The notes under the pieces are model-generated. The model saw only the letters and a list, made by a program, of their open reading frames with translations. It was not told the origin of the DNA and ran no database searches. DNA of 45,254 nucleotides from a virus (Duplodnaviria > Heunggongvirae > Uroviricota > Caudoviricetes), in IMG/VR virus record IMGVR_UViG_643348545_000006, positions 1 through 45,254 of that record. One strand, given 5' to 3'. The position numbers and the translations under genes are program-made. Below, one piece after another: positions 7,583 to 15,740 of this stretch. Each line of letters opens with the position of its first letter. Positions within the stretch are counted from its first letter, which is position 1.

Positions 7583-8560
7583 GTGTTCGGGGGTTTTATG
7601 AGCAGCAAGCTTCATGGTCTTGTCTGGGAAGGGTGCGCCTTCACCGGCATGATCTTATCCAGGGTGGCGGTTATGGCCCGTCTTGCAGACTACAGCAATG
7701 ACGAGGGCGTGTCATGGCCTGCCATTGAAACTATCCGGCGTCAGATCGGTGCAAGAAGTGAATCCACAGTGAAATCGGCTATTGCAGAACTGGCGAAAGA
7801 GGGCTGGCTGACGAAGGAAGAGCGTAAGGTCGGTGGGCGTAATGTAAGCAATATCTATCGGCTTAATGTGGAAAAACTCGAAGCAGCTGCGGCGGCGGCG
7901 CGTGAGTCATATAAACCGAAAAGAAAAATTAGCCCGGCAAAAAATGACCCGTTAACAGTTGACCCGTCAAATATTGACCCCTCAACGGTTGACCCGTCAA
8001 ATTTTGATGGATCAACTGTTGATAAAAAACTGCCGATTAGGGGGGCGATGATTGACCCCGATCCGTCAGTATTAAAACCTGAACCGTCAGATAAAAGATC
8101 TTCTTGTCCGGACGCTTCGCAACCGGACCCGCAGACGGCTGAACAGGATTTTTTAACCCGACACCCTGACGCGGTTGTGTTCAGTGCGAAAAAACGCCAG
8201 TGGGGAAGTCAGGAAGATTTGGTGTGCGCACAGTGGATCTGGGGACGAATCGTGAGTCTTTACGAGCAGGCGGCCAGCGATGATGGCGAGATCACTAGAC
8301 CGAAAGAACCCAACTGGACAGCATGGGCCAATGACGTTCGCACAATGCGGATGCTGGATGGCAGAACTCACAGACAAATTTGTGAAATGTTTGGGCGTCT
8401 CCAGCGGGATTCGTTCTGGGTAAAAAACATCATGAGTCCGGCAAAACTCCGGGAAAAATGGGATGAACTGGTTATCCGCCTGGGGCGTTCGCCTGCGCAG
8501 CGTTGCGTGAATCACATTTCTGAACCGGACACTGAAATACCGCCGGGATTCAGGGGGTGA
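7583..8560 (+). CDS. Replication initiation protein (lambda O / YdaU-like) with internal iteron array
   Basis: 325 aa with N-terminal winged-helix-like region; the coding sequence contains six tandem 15-bp repeats (encoding DPxxV pentapeptides) typical of a lambdoid ori embedded in the initiator gene; followed by a DnaC-like gene. Confidence 0.7.
   Translation: MFGGFMSSKLHGLVWEGCAFTGMILSRVAVMARLADYSNDEGVSWPAIETIRRQIGARSESTVKSAIAELAKEGWLTKEERKVGGRNVSNIYRLNVEKLEAAAAAARESYKPKRKISPAKNDPLTVDPSNIDPSTVDPSNFDGSTVDKKLPIRGAMIDPDPSVLKPEPSDKRSSCPDASQPDPQTAEQDFLTRHPDAVVFSAKKRQWGSQEDLVCAQWIWGRIVSLYEQAASDDGEITRPKEPNWTAWANDVRTMRMLDGRTHRQICEMFGRLQRDSFWVKNIMSPAKLREKWDELVIRLGRSPAQRCVNHISEPDTEIPPGFRG
7944..8030. 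repeat. Putative replication origin iterons (six 15-bp tandem repeats, consensus TTGACCCGTCAA core)
   Basis: TTGACCCGTCAA exact at 7959-7970 and 7989-8000, with variants at 7945, 7974, 8004 and 8019, all on a 15-bp period inside the initiator gene. Confidence 0.6.
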
Positions 8561-8566
8561 CGTGTC

Positions 8567-9313
8567 ATGAAAAACATTGCGGCAGTTGGGGTTCTTGAAC
8601 GTATTCGCAGACTTGCACCACAGGGGGCGGTTCCACCGTACCGGACGGTGGAGGAGTGGCGGGAATGGCAACTTGCTGAAGGACGAAAACGCAGCGAGGA
8701 GATTAACCGCCAGAATCGCCAGTTGCGGGTGGAAAAAATCCTGAATCGTTCGGGCATCCAGCCTCTGCACAGCAAATGCTCGTTTGCAAATTATCAGGTG
8801 CAGAACGACGGGCAAAAATACGCGCTGAGCCAGGCCAAATCCATAGCTGACGAACTGATGACCGGGTGCACGAATTTTGTGTTCAGCGGTAAAACCGGCA
8901 CCGGGAAAAATCACCTTGCAGCGGCGATGGGCAACCGGCTGATGGTGAAGGGGCGCAGCGTGATTATCGTCACCGTGTCTGACGTCATGAGCGTGTTGCA
9001 TGACAGCTACGACAACGGCAAATCCGGGGAAAAATTTTTACAGGAGCTTTGCGGGGTTGATTTGCTGGTCCTGGATGAAATAGGCGTTCAGCGGGAGACG
9101 AAAAACGAGCAGGTGGTATTGCACCAGATAATTGATCGCCGGACAGCATCACTGTGCAGTGTCGGGATGTTAACAAACCTGAATCATGCCGCAATGAGTA
9201 CGCTTCTTGGTGAGAGGATTATGGACCGCATGACCATGAACGGTGGTCGATGGGTGACGTTTAACTGGGATAGCTGGCGTCCAAATGTCAGCAATATGAG
9301 GGTTGTGAAGTAA
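8567..9313 (+). CDS. DnaC-like helicase loader / replication ATPase (IstB-like AAA+)
   Basis: Walker A GKTGTGKNHLAAA and Walker B LLVLDEIG motifs; positioned after the initiator as in Rac ydaU-ydaV. Confidence 0.85.
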   Translation: MKNIAAVGVLERIRRLAPQGAVPPYRTVEEWREWQLAEGRKRSEEINRQNRQLRVEKILNRSGIQPLHSKCSFANYQVQNDGQKYALSQAKSIADELMTGCTNFVFSGKTGTGKNHLAAAMGNRLMVKGRSVIIVTVSDVMSVLHDSYDNGKSGEKFLQELCGVDLLVLDEIGVQRETKNEQVVLHQIIDRRTASLCSVGMLTNLNHAAMSTLLGERIMDRMTMNGGRWVTFNWDSWRPNVSNMRVVK

Positions 9314-9334
9314 TTTTGTCCGGAGGAAATTTTA

Positions 9335-10105
9335 ATGGAAACCGTATCTGACGCACTGAAAGCACTGAAAAAAGCCTCTTCACATGTGGTGGCAGCTCGC
9401 CTTGGAATCAGTCGTGAAGAGGCTGTCAACGAGCTGTGGGAACTCAAAAGAAATGGCGTCGTTGATAAAACTGGTCACACCTGGTTTCTGGCTGGCGAAG
9501 GTGAATCCCGGGTAACCGAAGAGCGGCCAGTAAAATCTGAAGCACAGGATATGCTGACCGGGGAGGTCGAACAAAAAGTTACCGCAGACATGATGATTGA
9601 GTTTATCGGTCAGGATGGGGCTAAAACGTGTGAGGAACTGGCGGGTAAGTTCGGTGTCAGTACTCGCAAGGTTGCTTCCACGCTGGCGGTGGTAACCGCA
9701 ACGGGGCGGCTGGCACGCGTTAATCAGAACGGTAAATTTCGTTACTGCATGCCGGGCGATAATTTACCAGCAGAGCCGAAAGCCGCGCTGGTAACGGAAA
9801 GTGATGGTAAGGCCTTTCCTCAGCCAGCAGGTGCTGCGTTACCAGTCCGGGAAGCCGCAACACAGGAAGAAATTAAAACAGAAACTGTGGCGGACATTGT
9901 GCAGCCGTTGCCATCGTTTACCGAAACGCAAGCAGATGAGCTGATTTTTCCGTCCCTTCGCAGGGCAAACCTGGCGCTGCGCAGGGCGAAAAGTGATGTT
10001 CAGAAGTGGGAGCGAGTCTGCGCCGCGCTGCGGGAGCTGAACAAGCACCGGGATATTGTTCGACAGATTACTGATTCTTCCCGCCGTGTTGTATCGGAAA
10101 AGTGA
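9335..10105 (+). CDS. Hypothetical phage protein (256 aa) with two winged-helix-like segments
   Basis: ORF following the DnaC-like gene; two HTH-like stretches (AARLGISREEAVNELWELKRNG and CEELAGKFGVSTRKVASTLA); function unknown. Confidence 0.55.
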   Translation: METVSDALKALKKASSHVVAARLGISREEAVNELWELKRNGVVDKTGHTWFLAGEGESRVTEERPVKSEAQDMLTGEVEQKVTADMMIEFIGQDGAKTCEELAGKFGVSTRKVASTLAVVTATGRLARVNQNGKFRYCMPGDNLPAEPKAALVTESDGKAFPQPAGAALPVREAATQEEIKTETVADIVQPLPSFTETQADELIFPSLRRANLALRRAKSDVQKWERVCAALRELNKHRDIVRQITDSSRRVVSEK

Positions 10106-10543
10106 TTGCCGGAGGCGCTTATGGCAAAAGTATTTACACAAGAAGAGCGGGAAAAAATTAAAGGGCAGGTTGTTGAACTTGTACGTCTGAGCGGTCGCGA
10201 GACGTTGCGGCAACTGGAAGCCAAGACAGGTACGACAAGATATCTGATGAGTGTTCTCGCCAGAGAGCTGGTTGCCAGTGGCGATGTATACAACTCTGGT
10301 TACGGGTTATTCCCGCCTGAACAGGCGCGTAAGGACTGGCAAAACGCCCGCAAAAAACTCTCAAGGGCAAATCTGAAGAAACCATCTGTGGTTGATCCTG
10401 ACCTTATCTGGTCATTACCAGACGGAGAAATACGCCGCTACGACAGGCGTCAAAACATAATCTGTAGCGAGTGCCGGAAGAGTGAAGTTATGCAGCGCAT
10501 ATTGTCGTTTTATCAGGGGGATGTTCGGTATTTATTGAAGTGA
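10106..10543 (+). CDS. Hypothetical phage protein (145 aa)
   Basis: ORF abutting the previous gene stop; no recognisable motif beyond a CxxC pair. Confidence 0.5.
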   Translation: MPEALMAKVFTQEEREKIKGQVVELVRLSGRETLRQLEAKTGTTRYLMSVLARELVASGDVYNSGYGLFPPEQARKDWQNARKKLSRANLKKPSVVDPDLIWSLPDGEIRRYDRRQNIICSECRKSEVMQRILSFYQGDVRYLLK

Positions 10544-10710
10544 CGAGATTAAAGTGCATTAGTTCAGATGCAAATTGACATTTTGTGGCACAGGGTAGAG
10601 CTAGCGTGGTTGTCCGCTTTGTGCCAGAAGCGGACATAGCAGGTGCCAGATGCATTTGTTATTCTTCATTGAATTGAGCAGTATCCTTAACAGGAACTCT
10701 GAATACATAA

Positions 10711-11349
10711 ATGAAGATGAAAAACATGTCTGAAGTGTTGACCCAAGAAAAGCTTATTTTTGTTGCCCAGAGACTAAAGGCCCTCGCGCAGTCAGGCCTG
10801 ACCTATTCAAAAGACGTCTTTGACAAGGAACGCTATGAAGCCTTGCGTGAAATTGCCGCTGGACTGCTGAGTTCGCAGTTTGATATTAGCCGCAATGATT
10901 TGTTTCATGTATCGGAAACGGGTTACGCGACGCCCAAAACAGATGTGCGTGCGTTTATCCTGCGTAATAATCGTATTCTGATGGTGAAAGAGGCTGCAGA
11001 TGGATTATGGAGTCTTCCTGGCGGATGGGCAGATGTTGGAGATACACCTTCTGAAGCTGTGCGTCGAGAGGTCGAAGAAGAAACCGGATTAAAAGTCAGA
11101 GTGACTAAACTATTGGGAGTTTGGGATCGTAATCTTCACGGCCATCCGCCTTTACCCTGGCATGTTTACAAGCTGATTTTTCTCTGTGAAGAAGTAGGTG
11201 GCAGCCTGTCAATCAGCCATGAGTCACTCGATGCTGATTTTTTTGATGTCAACGACCTGCCTGAATTGTCGCTTTCAAGAATTGTGCCTGAGCAGATTGC
11301 TGTCAGCCTGAGAGTAGCGAAAGGTGATGAAAAAACATGGTTTGATTAA
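10711..11349 (+). CDS. Nudix hydrolase with N-terminal extension
   Basis: Canonical Nudix box GGWADVGDTPSEAVRREVEEETGL (Gx5Ex7REuxEExGu); coding sequence more AT-rich than the phage backbone. Confidence 0.85.
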   Translation: MKMKNMSEVLTQEKLIFVAQRLKALAQSGLTYSKDVFDKERYEALREIAAGLLSSQFDISRNDLFHVSETGYATPKTDVRAFILRNNRILMVKEAADGLWSLPGGWADVGDTPSEAVRREVEEETGLKVRVTKLLGVWDRNLHGHPPLPWHVYKLIFLCEEVGGSLSISHESLDADFFDVNDLPELSLSRIVPEQIAVSLRVAKGDEKTWFD

Positions 11350-11372
11350 CTTTCTTCTGCAACCATTAAGGA

Positions 11373-12017
11373 ATGGCAATGATATTCAACGCTAAGGGTT
11401 TTTTATTCGATATGGACGGTACGCTGGTTGATTCAACAGCCGTAGTGGAAAGCGTCTGGAGAGATTTTTGTGCAGAATACGGTCTTGATACTCAGGCTGT
11501 GATTGCTTACGCACACGGGCGGCAAACGATTGATACACTGACGCATTTTATTGGTGCAGGTGAGAAAACCAATAAAATCGCGGCCTCACTCGAAGAGGTT
11601 GAAATCAACACGACAGAAGGCGTTACTGAAGTAAAGGGGGCCGCTGCACTCTTATCAAAACTGCCACCGGATAGCTGGGCACTTGTCACTTCTGCAGGCA
11701 GAATGCTTGCCGAAAACAGGATGAAAGCGGCTAATCTCCCCTTACCCATAGTAATGGTGTGTGCAGAAGATGTAATGACGGGAAAACCAAGTCCCGAGGG
11801 TTACATCAAAGCAGCTTTGGCTTTGGGCCTTGAGCCTGGTGAATGCGTGGTATTTGAGGATGCATCTGCGGGTATAAAAGCAGGGCTGGCAAGTGGAGCT
11901 TCGGTAATAGCTGTTCAGCCTGACGCTCTGGGATCATCTGAAGCCCATGCCGTCAGCGAACTGTCTGACATTATGGTCAAGATTTCCGGAGAACGTTTCA
12001 ATATCATCTGTGGTTAA
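11373..12017 (+). CDS. HAD-superfamily phosphatase (beta-phosphoglucomutase-like subfamily)
   Basis: Motif I FDMDGTLVDS at the N-terminus, GKPSPEGY and FEDASAGIKAG downstream motifs characteristic of HAD sugar phosphatases. Confidence 0.85.
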   Translation: MAMIFNAKGFLFDMDGTLVDSTAVVESVWRDFCAEYGLDTQAVIAYAHGRQTIDTLTHFIGAGEKTNKIAASLEEVEINTTEGVTEVKGAAALLSKLPPDSWALVTSAGRMLAENRMKAANLPLPIVMVCAEDVMTGKPSPEGYIKAALALGLEPGECVVFEDASAGIKAGLASGASVIAVQPDALGSSEAHAVSELSDIMVKISGERFNIICG

Positions 12018-12581
12018 TCACGTTACACAATACGCATCAATGGACGCTGAGTAGTTCGCGAGTTTTAAACTTCCAACGTCCGCTTTTCGCTCAAAGCGGA
12101 CTAGAAGGTTAGCTTGCGTCGGACTTGGCGTATTTAAAGAAGTGCTGGTGGTGACTGGTTGTTGTGTTCCATTTCTACAGAACAAAATCACAGAAACTAT
12201 ACCCAATAGTTGTATTGAATCACTGACGAGACAGCCTCATATTTATCAGGACTGGTGTACGTCCAATACAGGAGGTTGTGGTGCTGGTTCTCAAATGTGC
12301 GCTGGCTATTGCTGCTGTAATGGCAATTTATTGCCTTGCTGTTGTTCTTATGGATCGCCTTTCTGATTGATTTCATATTGGCGAGGTGACGGGAGTTAAG
12401 TAGAATGGCTGCGGGTGCTTGAGGCTATCTGTCTCAGGCATGAACACCAAAGGCAGATAGAGAAAAGCCCCAGTTAACATTACGCGTCCTGCAAGACGCT
12501 TAACATTAATCTGAGGCCATATCTATGCTCTACACACGTAGGTTAGCCTCTTACGTGCCGAAAGGCAAGGAGAAGCAGGCT

Positions 12582-12737
12582 ATGAAGCAGCAAAAGGCGA
12601 TGCTAATCGCCCTGATCGTCATCTGTTTAACCGTCATAGTGACGGCACTGGTAACGAGGAAAGACCTCTGCGAGGTACGAATCCGAACCGGCCAGACGGA
12701 GGTCGCTGTCTTCACAGCTTACGAACCTGAGGAGTAA
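12582..12737 (+). CDS. hokD: Hok/Gef-family type I toxin (HokD/RelF-like)
   Basis: 51-aa translation MKQQKAMLIALIVICLTVIVTALVTRKDLCEVRIRTGQTEVAVFTAYEPEE matches recalled HokD; structured leader upstream and a hairpin plus terminator downstream. Confidence 0.85.
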   Translation: MKQQKAMLIALIVICLTVIVTALVTRKDLCEVRIRTGQTEVAVFTAYEPEE

Positions 12738-12904
12738 GAGACCAGGCGAGGGAGAAATCCCTCGCCACCTCTGATGAGTCAGGCATCCTCAACGCACCCG
12801 CACTTAACCCGCTTCGGCGGGTTTTGTTTTTTCCTGGCATTCTGGTTTACAATTCGCACGTCAGCCTGAACAACTGGCACCTGCTGCGCCAGCAGAGAAA
12901 ACAG

Positions 12905-13183
12905 ATGGCGCACGATACCAAATTTTACAATTCGGATAACTCTGCCGCCCCTGCCAGCAGGCACGGGCGGCGTTCTCATGCATTCAAATCTGACTGGTAT
13001 CAGCACGACCCCTGCACCGAAGAACAGGCTGAATGGCTGATTCAGTGTTACCGCAGGCGCGGATACGAGGTTAAGAAAGCCCTCAGTCTCGATTATCGTC
13101 ACTGGATAATCTCCGTCAGGCTTCCTTACTCCGAACGCCCACCGCGTCCGTCCCGCACATTCCAGCAACGCATCTGGAGGTAA
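12905..13183 (+). CDS. Hypothetical protein (92 aa), Rem-position gene between hokD and the DUF968 gene
   Basis: ATG at 12905 preceded by GAGAAAACAG; gene order hokD - small ORF - DUF968 mirrors Qin hokD-rem-ydfU. Start chosen inside the longer tracked ORF. Confidence 0.5.
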   Translation: MAHDTKFYNSDNSAAPASRHGRRSHAFKSDWYQHDPCTEEQAEWLIQCYRRRGYEVKKALSLDYRHWIISVRLPYSERPPRPSRTFQQRIWR

Positions 13184-13184
13184 C

Positions 13185-14234
13185 GTGCGGGTATTACTTC
13201 GACCTGTTCTGGTACCGGAACTCGGGCTGGTGATCGTTAAGCCGGGCCGTGAATCCATGCCGGTATTCCACAATACCCGGGTACTGGTGGAGCCGGAACC
13301 GAAAAGCATGCGTAATCTGCCGTCCGGGGTCGTTCCTGCCGTTCGCCAGCCGCTGGCGGAGGATAAATCATTACTGCCATTTTTCAGCGACGAACGAGTG
13401 ATTCGTGCTGCTGGTGGCGCTGGCGCATTGTCTGACTGGTTACTGCGCCATGTTAAATCCTGCCAGTGGCCACACGGCGATTATCACCACAGTGAAACCG
13501 TCATTCACCGTTATGGTACCGGCGCAATGGTGTTGTGCTGGCACTGCGACAACCAGTTGCGTGACCAGACCTCCGAATCACTTGAGCAACTTGCTCACCG
13601 AAACTTGTCAGCATGGATGATTGACGTCATTCGTCACGCAATGAATGGCACACAGGAGCGTGAATTATCGCTGGCTGAATTATCCTGGTGGGCGGCCTGC
13701 AATCAGGTGGTGGATGCACTACCTGAGGCAGTAGCGCGTCGTTCGCTGGGATTACCAGCGGAAAAAATCCGCTCCGTATACCGTGAGAGTGACATCGTAC
13801 CGGGAGAACAGACAGCCATCAGCATACTGAAGCAGCGCACAAAAAATATTGCGCTGCCACTTCACGTCCACCAGCAACAAAATCCACCACAGAAAAAAAC
13901 GGTTGTCAGTATCGCCGTTGATCCGGAGTCTCCTGAATCGTTCATGAGGCGACCTAAACGTTGCCGTTGGGTTAATGAGAAATACACGCGCTGGGTAAAG
14001 ACACAGCCGTGTGCGTGTTGTGGTAAGCCTGCTGACGATCCGCATCACCTGATTGGTCATGGTCAGGGGGGAATGGGGACAAAGGCCCACGATATTTTCA
14101 CGCTACCGTTGTGCCGGGAGCACCACAACGAACTTCATGCAGACCCGCTGGAGTTTGAGAAAAAGTACGGCTCTCAGATTGAGTTAATTTTTCGTTTTCT
14201 TGATCACGCCTTTGCAACTGGCGTGCTTGGGTAA
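13185..14234 (+). CDS. DUF968-type prophage protein (YdfU-like) with C-terminal HNH-like Cys/His cluster
   Basis: 349 aa; C-terminal CACCGKPADDPHHLIGHGQGG...LCREHHNELH cluster; position upstream of rusA and Q as in Qin. Confidence 0.7.
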   Translation: MRVLLRPVLVPELGLVIVKPGRESMPVFHNTRVLVEPEPKSMRNLPSGVVPAVRQPLAEDKSLLPFFSDERVIRAAGGAGALSDWLLRHVKSCQWPHGDYHHSETVIHRYGTGAMVLCWHCDNQLRDQTSESLEQLAHRNLSAWMIDVIRHAMNGTQERELSLAELSWWAACNQVVDALPEAVARRSLGLPAEKIRSVYRESDIVPGEQTAISILKQRTKNIALPLHVHQQQNPPQKKTVVSIAVDPESPESFMRRPKRCRWVNEKYTRWVKTQPCACCGKPADDPHHLIGHGQGGMGTKAHDIFTLPLCREHHNELHADPLEFEKKYGSQIELIFRFLDHAFATGVLG

Positions 14235-14246
14235 AAGAGGTGACTG

Positions 14247-14606
14247 ATGCTCATAGATTTGGTTTTACCTTACCCGCCGACGGTGAACACTTACTGGCGA
14301 CGCCGTGGCAGCACATATTTTATCTCGGAGGAGGGAAAGCGTTATCGCCGGGCTGTGGCGCTTATTGTTCGCCAGCAGCGGCTGAAATTAAGCCTGTCCG
14401 GAAGGCTGGCGATAAAGGTGATTGCAGAGCCACCGGATAAGCGTCGTCGCGACCTGGACAACATTCTGAAAGCACCGCTGGATGCGCTGACGCATGCGGG
14501 AGTGCTCATTGATGACGAGCAGTTTGATGAAATCAATATTGTACGTGGTCAGCCAGTATCTGGTGGACGGCTGGGTGTGAAGATTTACAAAATTGAGAGT
14601 GAGTGA
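14247..14606 (+). CDS. rusA: Holliday junction resolvase RusA
   Basis: 119 aa with the RusA pattern (PPTVNTYWRRRG...DKRRRDLDNILKAPLDALTHAGVLIDDEQ) matching recalled RusA ([22 protein letters not shown]). Confidence 0.85.
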   Translation: MLIDLVLPYPPTVNTYWRRRGSTYFISEEGKRYRRAVALIVRQQRLKLSLSGRLAIKVIAEPPDKRRRDLDNILKAPLDALTHAGVLIDDEQFDEINIVRGQPVSGGRLGVKIYKIESE

Positions 14607-15175
14607 GCGTAAATATGATATATCCGGAAATTACAGGCAAAAGCGGCGAACATTTACGCCTGAACACGCTGGAAGCAGTCTGGATCCAGGGGAAATTACG
14701 GATGTGGGGGCGGTGGTCGTATATCGGTGGGGGTAAATCCGGAAATATGTTTAACCGGTTACTGGTTTCGAAAAAGCTGACGAAAACAGCAGTTAATGAG
14801 GTTTTACGCAGAATGAAGAAATCCGGGCTGGAAAAACCGGAACTTGAGGCATTTTTTCGGGATATGACCAGAGGGAAGCAGAAGAGCTGGTTGTCACATT
14901 GTACAGACACAGAGGCGTTGATTATTGATCGCGTTATCAGTGAGGTGCTTGGGGAATATCCCGGACTAATCAATATTCTCCGGCAAAGGTACGAAGGACG
15001 GGGAATGAGCAAACTGAAAATGGCCGAAAGGTTAAATGCAGATCATCCTGAGTGGACGTTGGTTACGTGCAGACGCCGAATTGATCAGTGGTTGGGGATA
15101 TCTGAATTTATGTTACATGCCCCCATGCGTATGGCTTTTGTTACAGAGAAAAAAATGTTGCAAACTGATCAATAA
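14603..15175 (+). CDS. Putative late-gene antiterminator (Q-like)
   Basis: 190-aa ORF coupled to rusA, immediately upstream of a strong intrinsic terminator and the late region; assignment by position, not sequence recognition. Confidence 0.5.
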   Translation: MSVNMIYPEITGKSGEHLRLNTLEAVWIQGKLRMWGRWSYIGGGKSGNMFNRLLVSKKLTKTAVNEVLRRMKKSGLEKPELEAFFRDMTRGKQKSWLSHCTDTEALIIDRVISEVLGEYPGLINILRQRYEGRGMSKLKMAERLNADHPEWTLVTCRRRIDQWLGISEFMLHAPMRMAFVTEKKMLQTDQ

Positions 15176-15248
15176 ACTGCTTCAATCCGTATAAGCTTCG
15201 CAAGGCTGTATCGCGAGGCGAAATGCAAGTTTTTTTCGCACAAGGAAG

Positions 15249-15269
15249 CCACCGGAAGGTGGTTTTTTT
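15249..15269 (+). terminator. Rho-independent terminator downstream of the Q-like gene (tR'-like)
   Basis: Stem CCACC / GGTGG with GGAA loop followed by 7 T (15263-15269). Confidence 0.6.
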
Positions 15270-15392
15270 GTGTCCGTAATATACAGCAGCGCAATAAATT
15301 CGCTGGTGGTTATTAATACCGTTCTTTCAGCTTGCTGGCTTTTTCGACAAGAGTTATTGGTGTGTCACGTTAACCGGAAAAGGGAAAAAGAC

Positions 15393-15590
15393 ATGCTGAA
15401 ACAGCAGGATATGACCGAAACCGCCAGAGTGGTGTTTAATGAATTAAGCGTCACCGAACCGGCGACAGTCGGGGAGATTGCACAGAATACGTACCTTTCA
15501 CGCGAACGCTGTCAGTTAATACTGACCCAGCTTGTTATGGCGGGGCTGGCAGACTATCAGTTCGGTTGTTACAGACGCCTTCAGTCCTGA
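15393..15590 (+). CDS. Hypothetical small protein (65 aa)
   Basis: ATG at 15393 preceded by AAGGGAAAAAG; lies between the terminator and the methyltransferase gene. Confidence 0.4.
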   Translation: MLKQQDMTETARVVFNELSVTEPATVGEIAQNTYLSRERCQLILTQLVMAGLADYQFGCYRRLQS

Positions 15591-15740
15591 AGGCTTTTTT
15601 ATTTGTGGTAAATGGGCGGCTGGTGGGTGTTAGGGGCACTCACCAGCCATCTGCTCATGCGTCCGGATCACAAGCAAACCTCAGGCCCACTGCTTTGCGC
15701 AAAAGCAGAATGAGCCTATCAGAGACAGGCTTAATGATCC

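Noticed and set aside
7944-8030. Tandem direct repeats considered as a possible CRISPR-like array
   Set aside because: Repeats are 15 bp, contiguous without spacers and in frame within the initiator gene; they fit origin iterons, not CRISPR.
12525-12737. 70-aa version of the hok ORF starting at the upstream ATG
   Set aside because: The Hok family is about 50 aa and the recalled HokD sequence begins at MKQQKAM (12582); the upstream extension more likely relates to a mok-like leader.
15158-15195. Candidate late promoter upstream of the tR'-like terminator (TTGCAA at 15158-15163, possible -10 elements TTCAAT or TATAAG)
   Set aside because: Hexamers are weak and ambiguous and Q-dependent late promoters cannot be assigned reliably by eye; only the terminator is reported as a feature.
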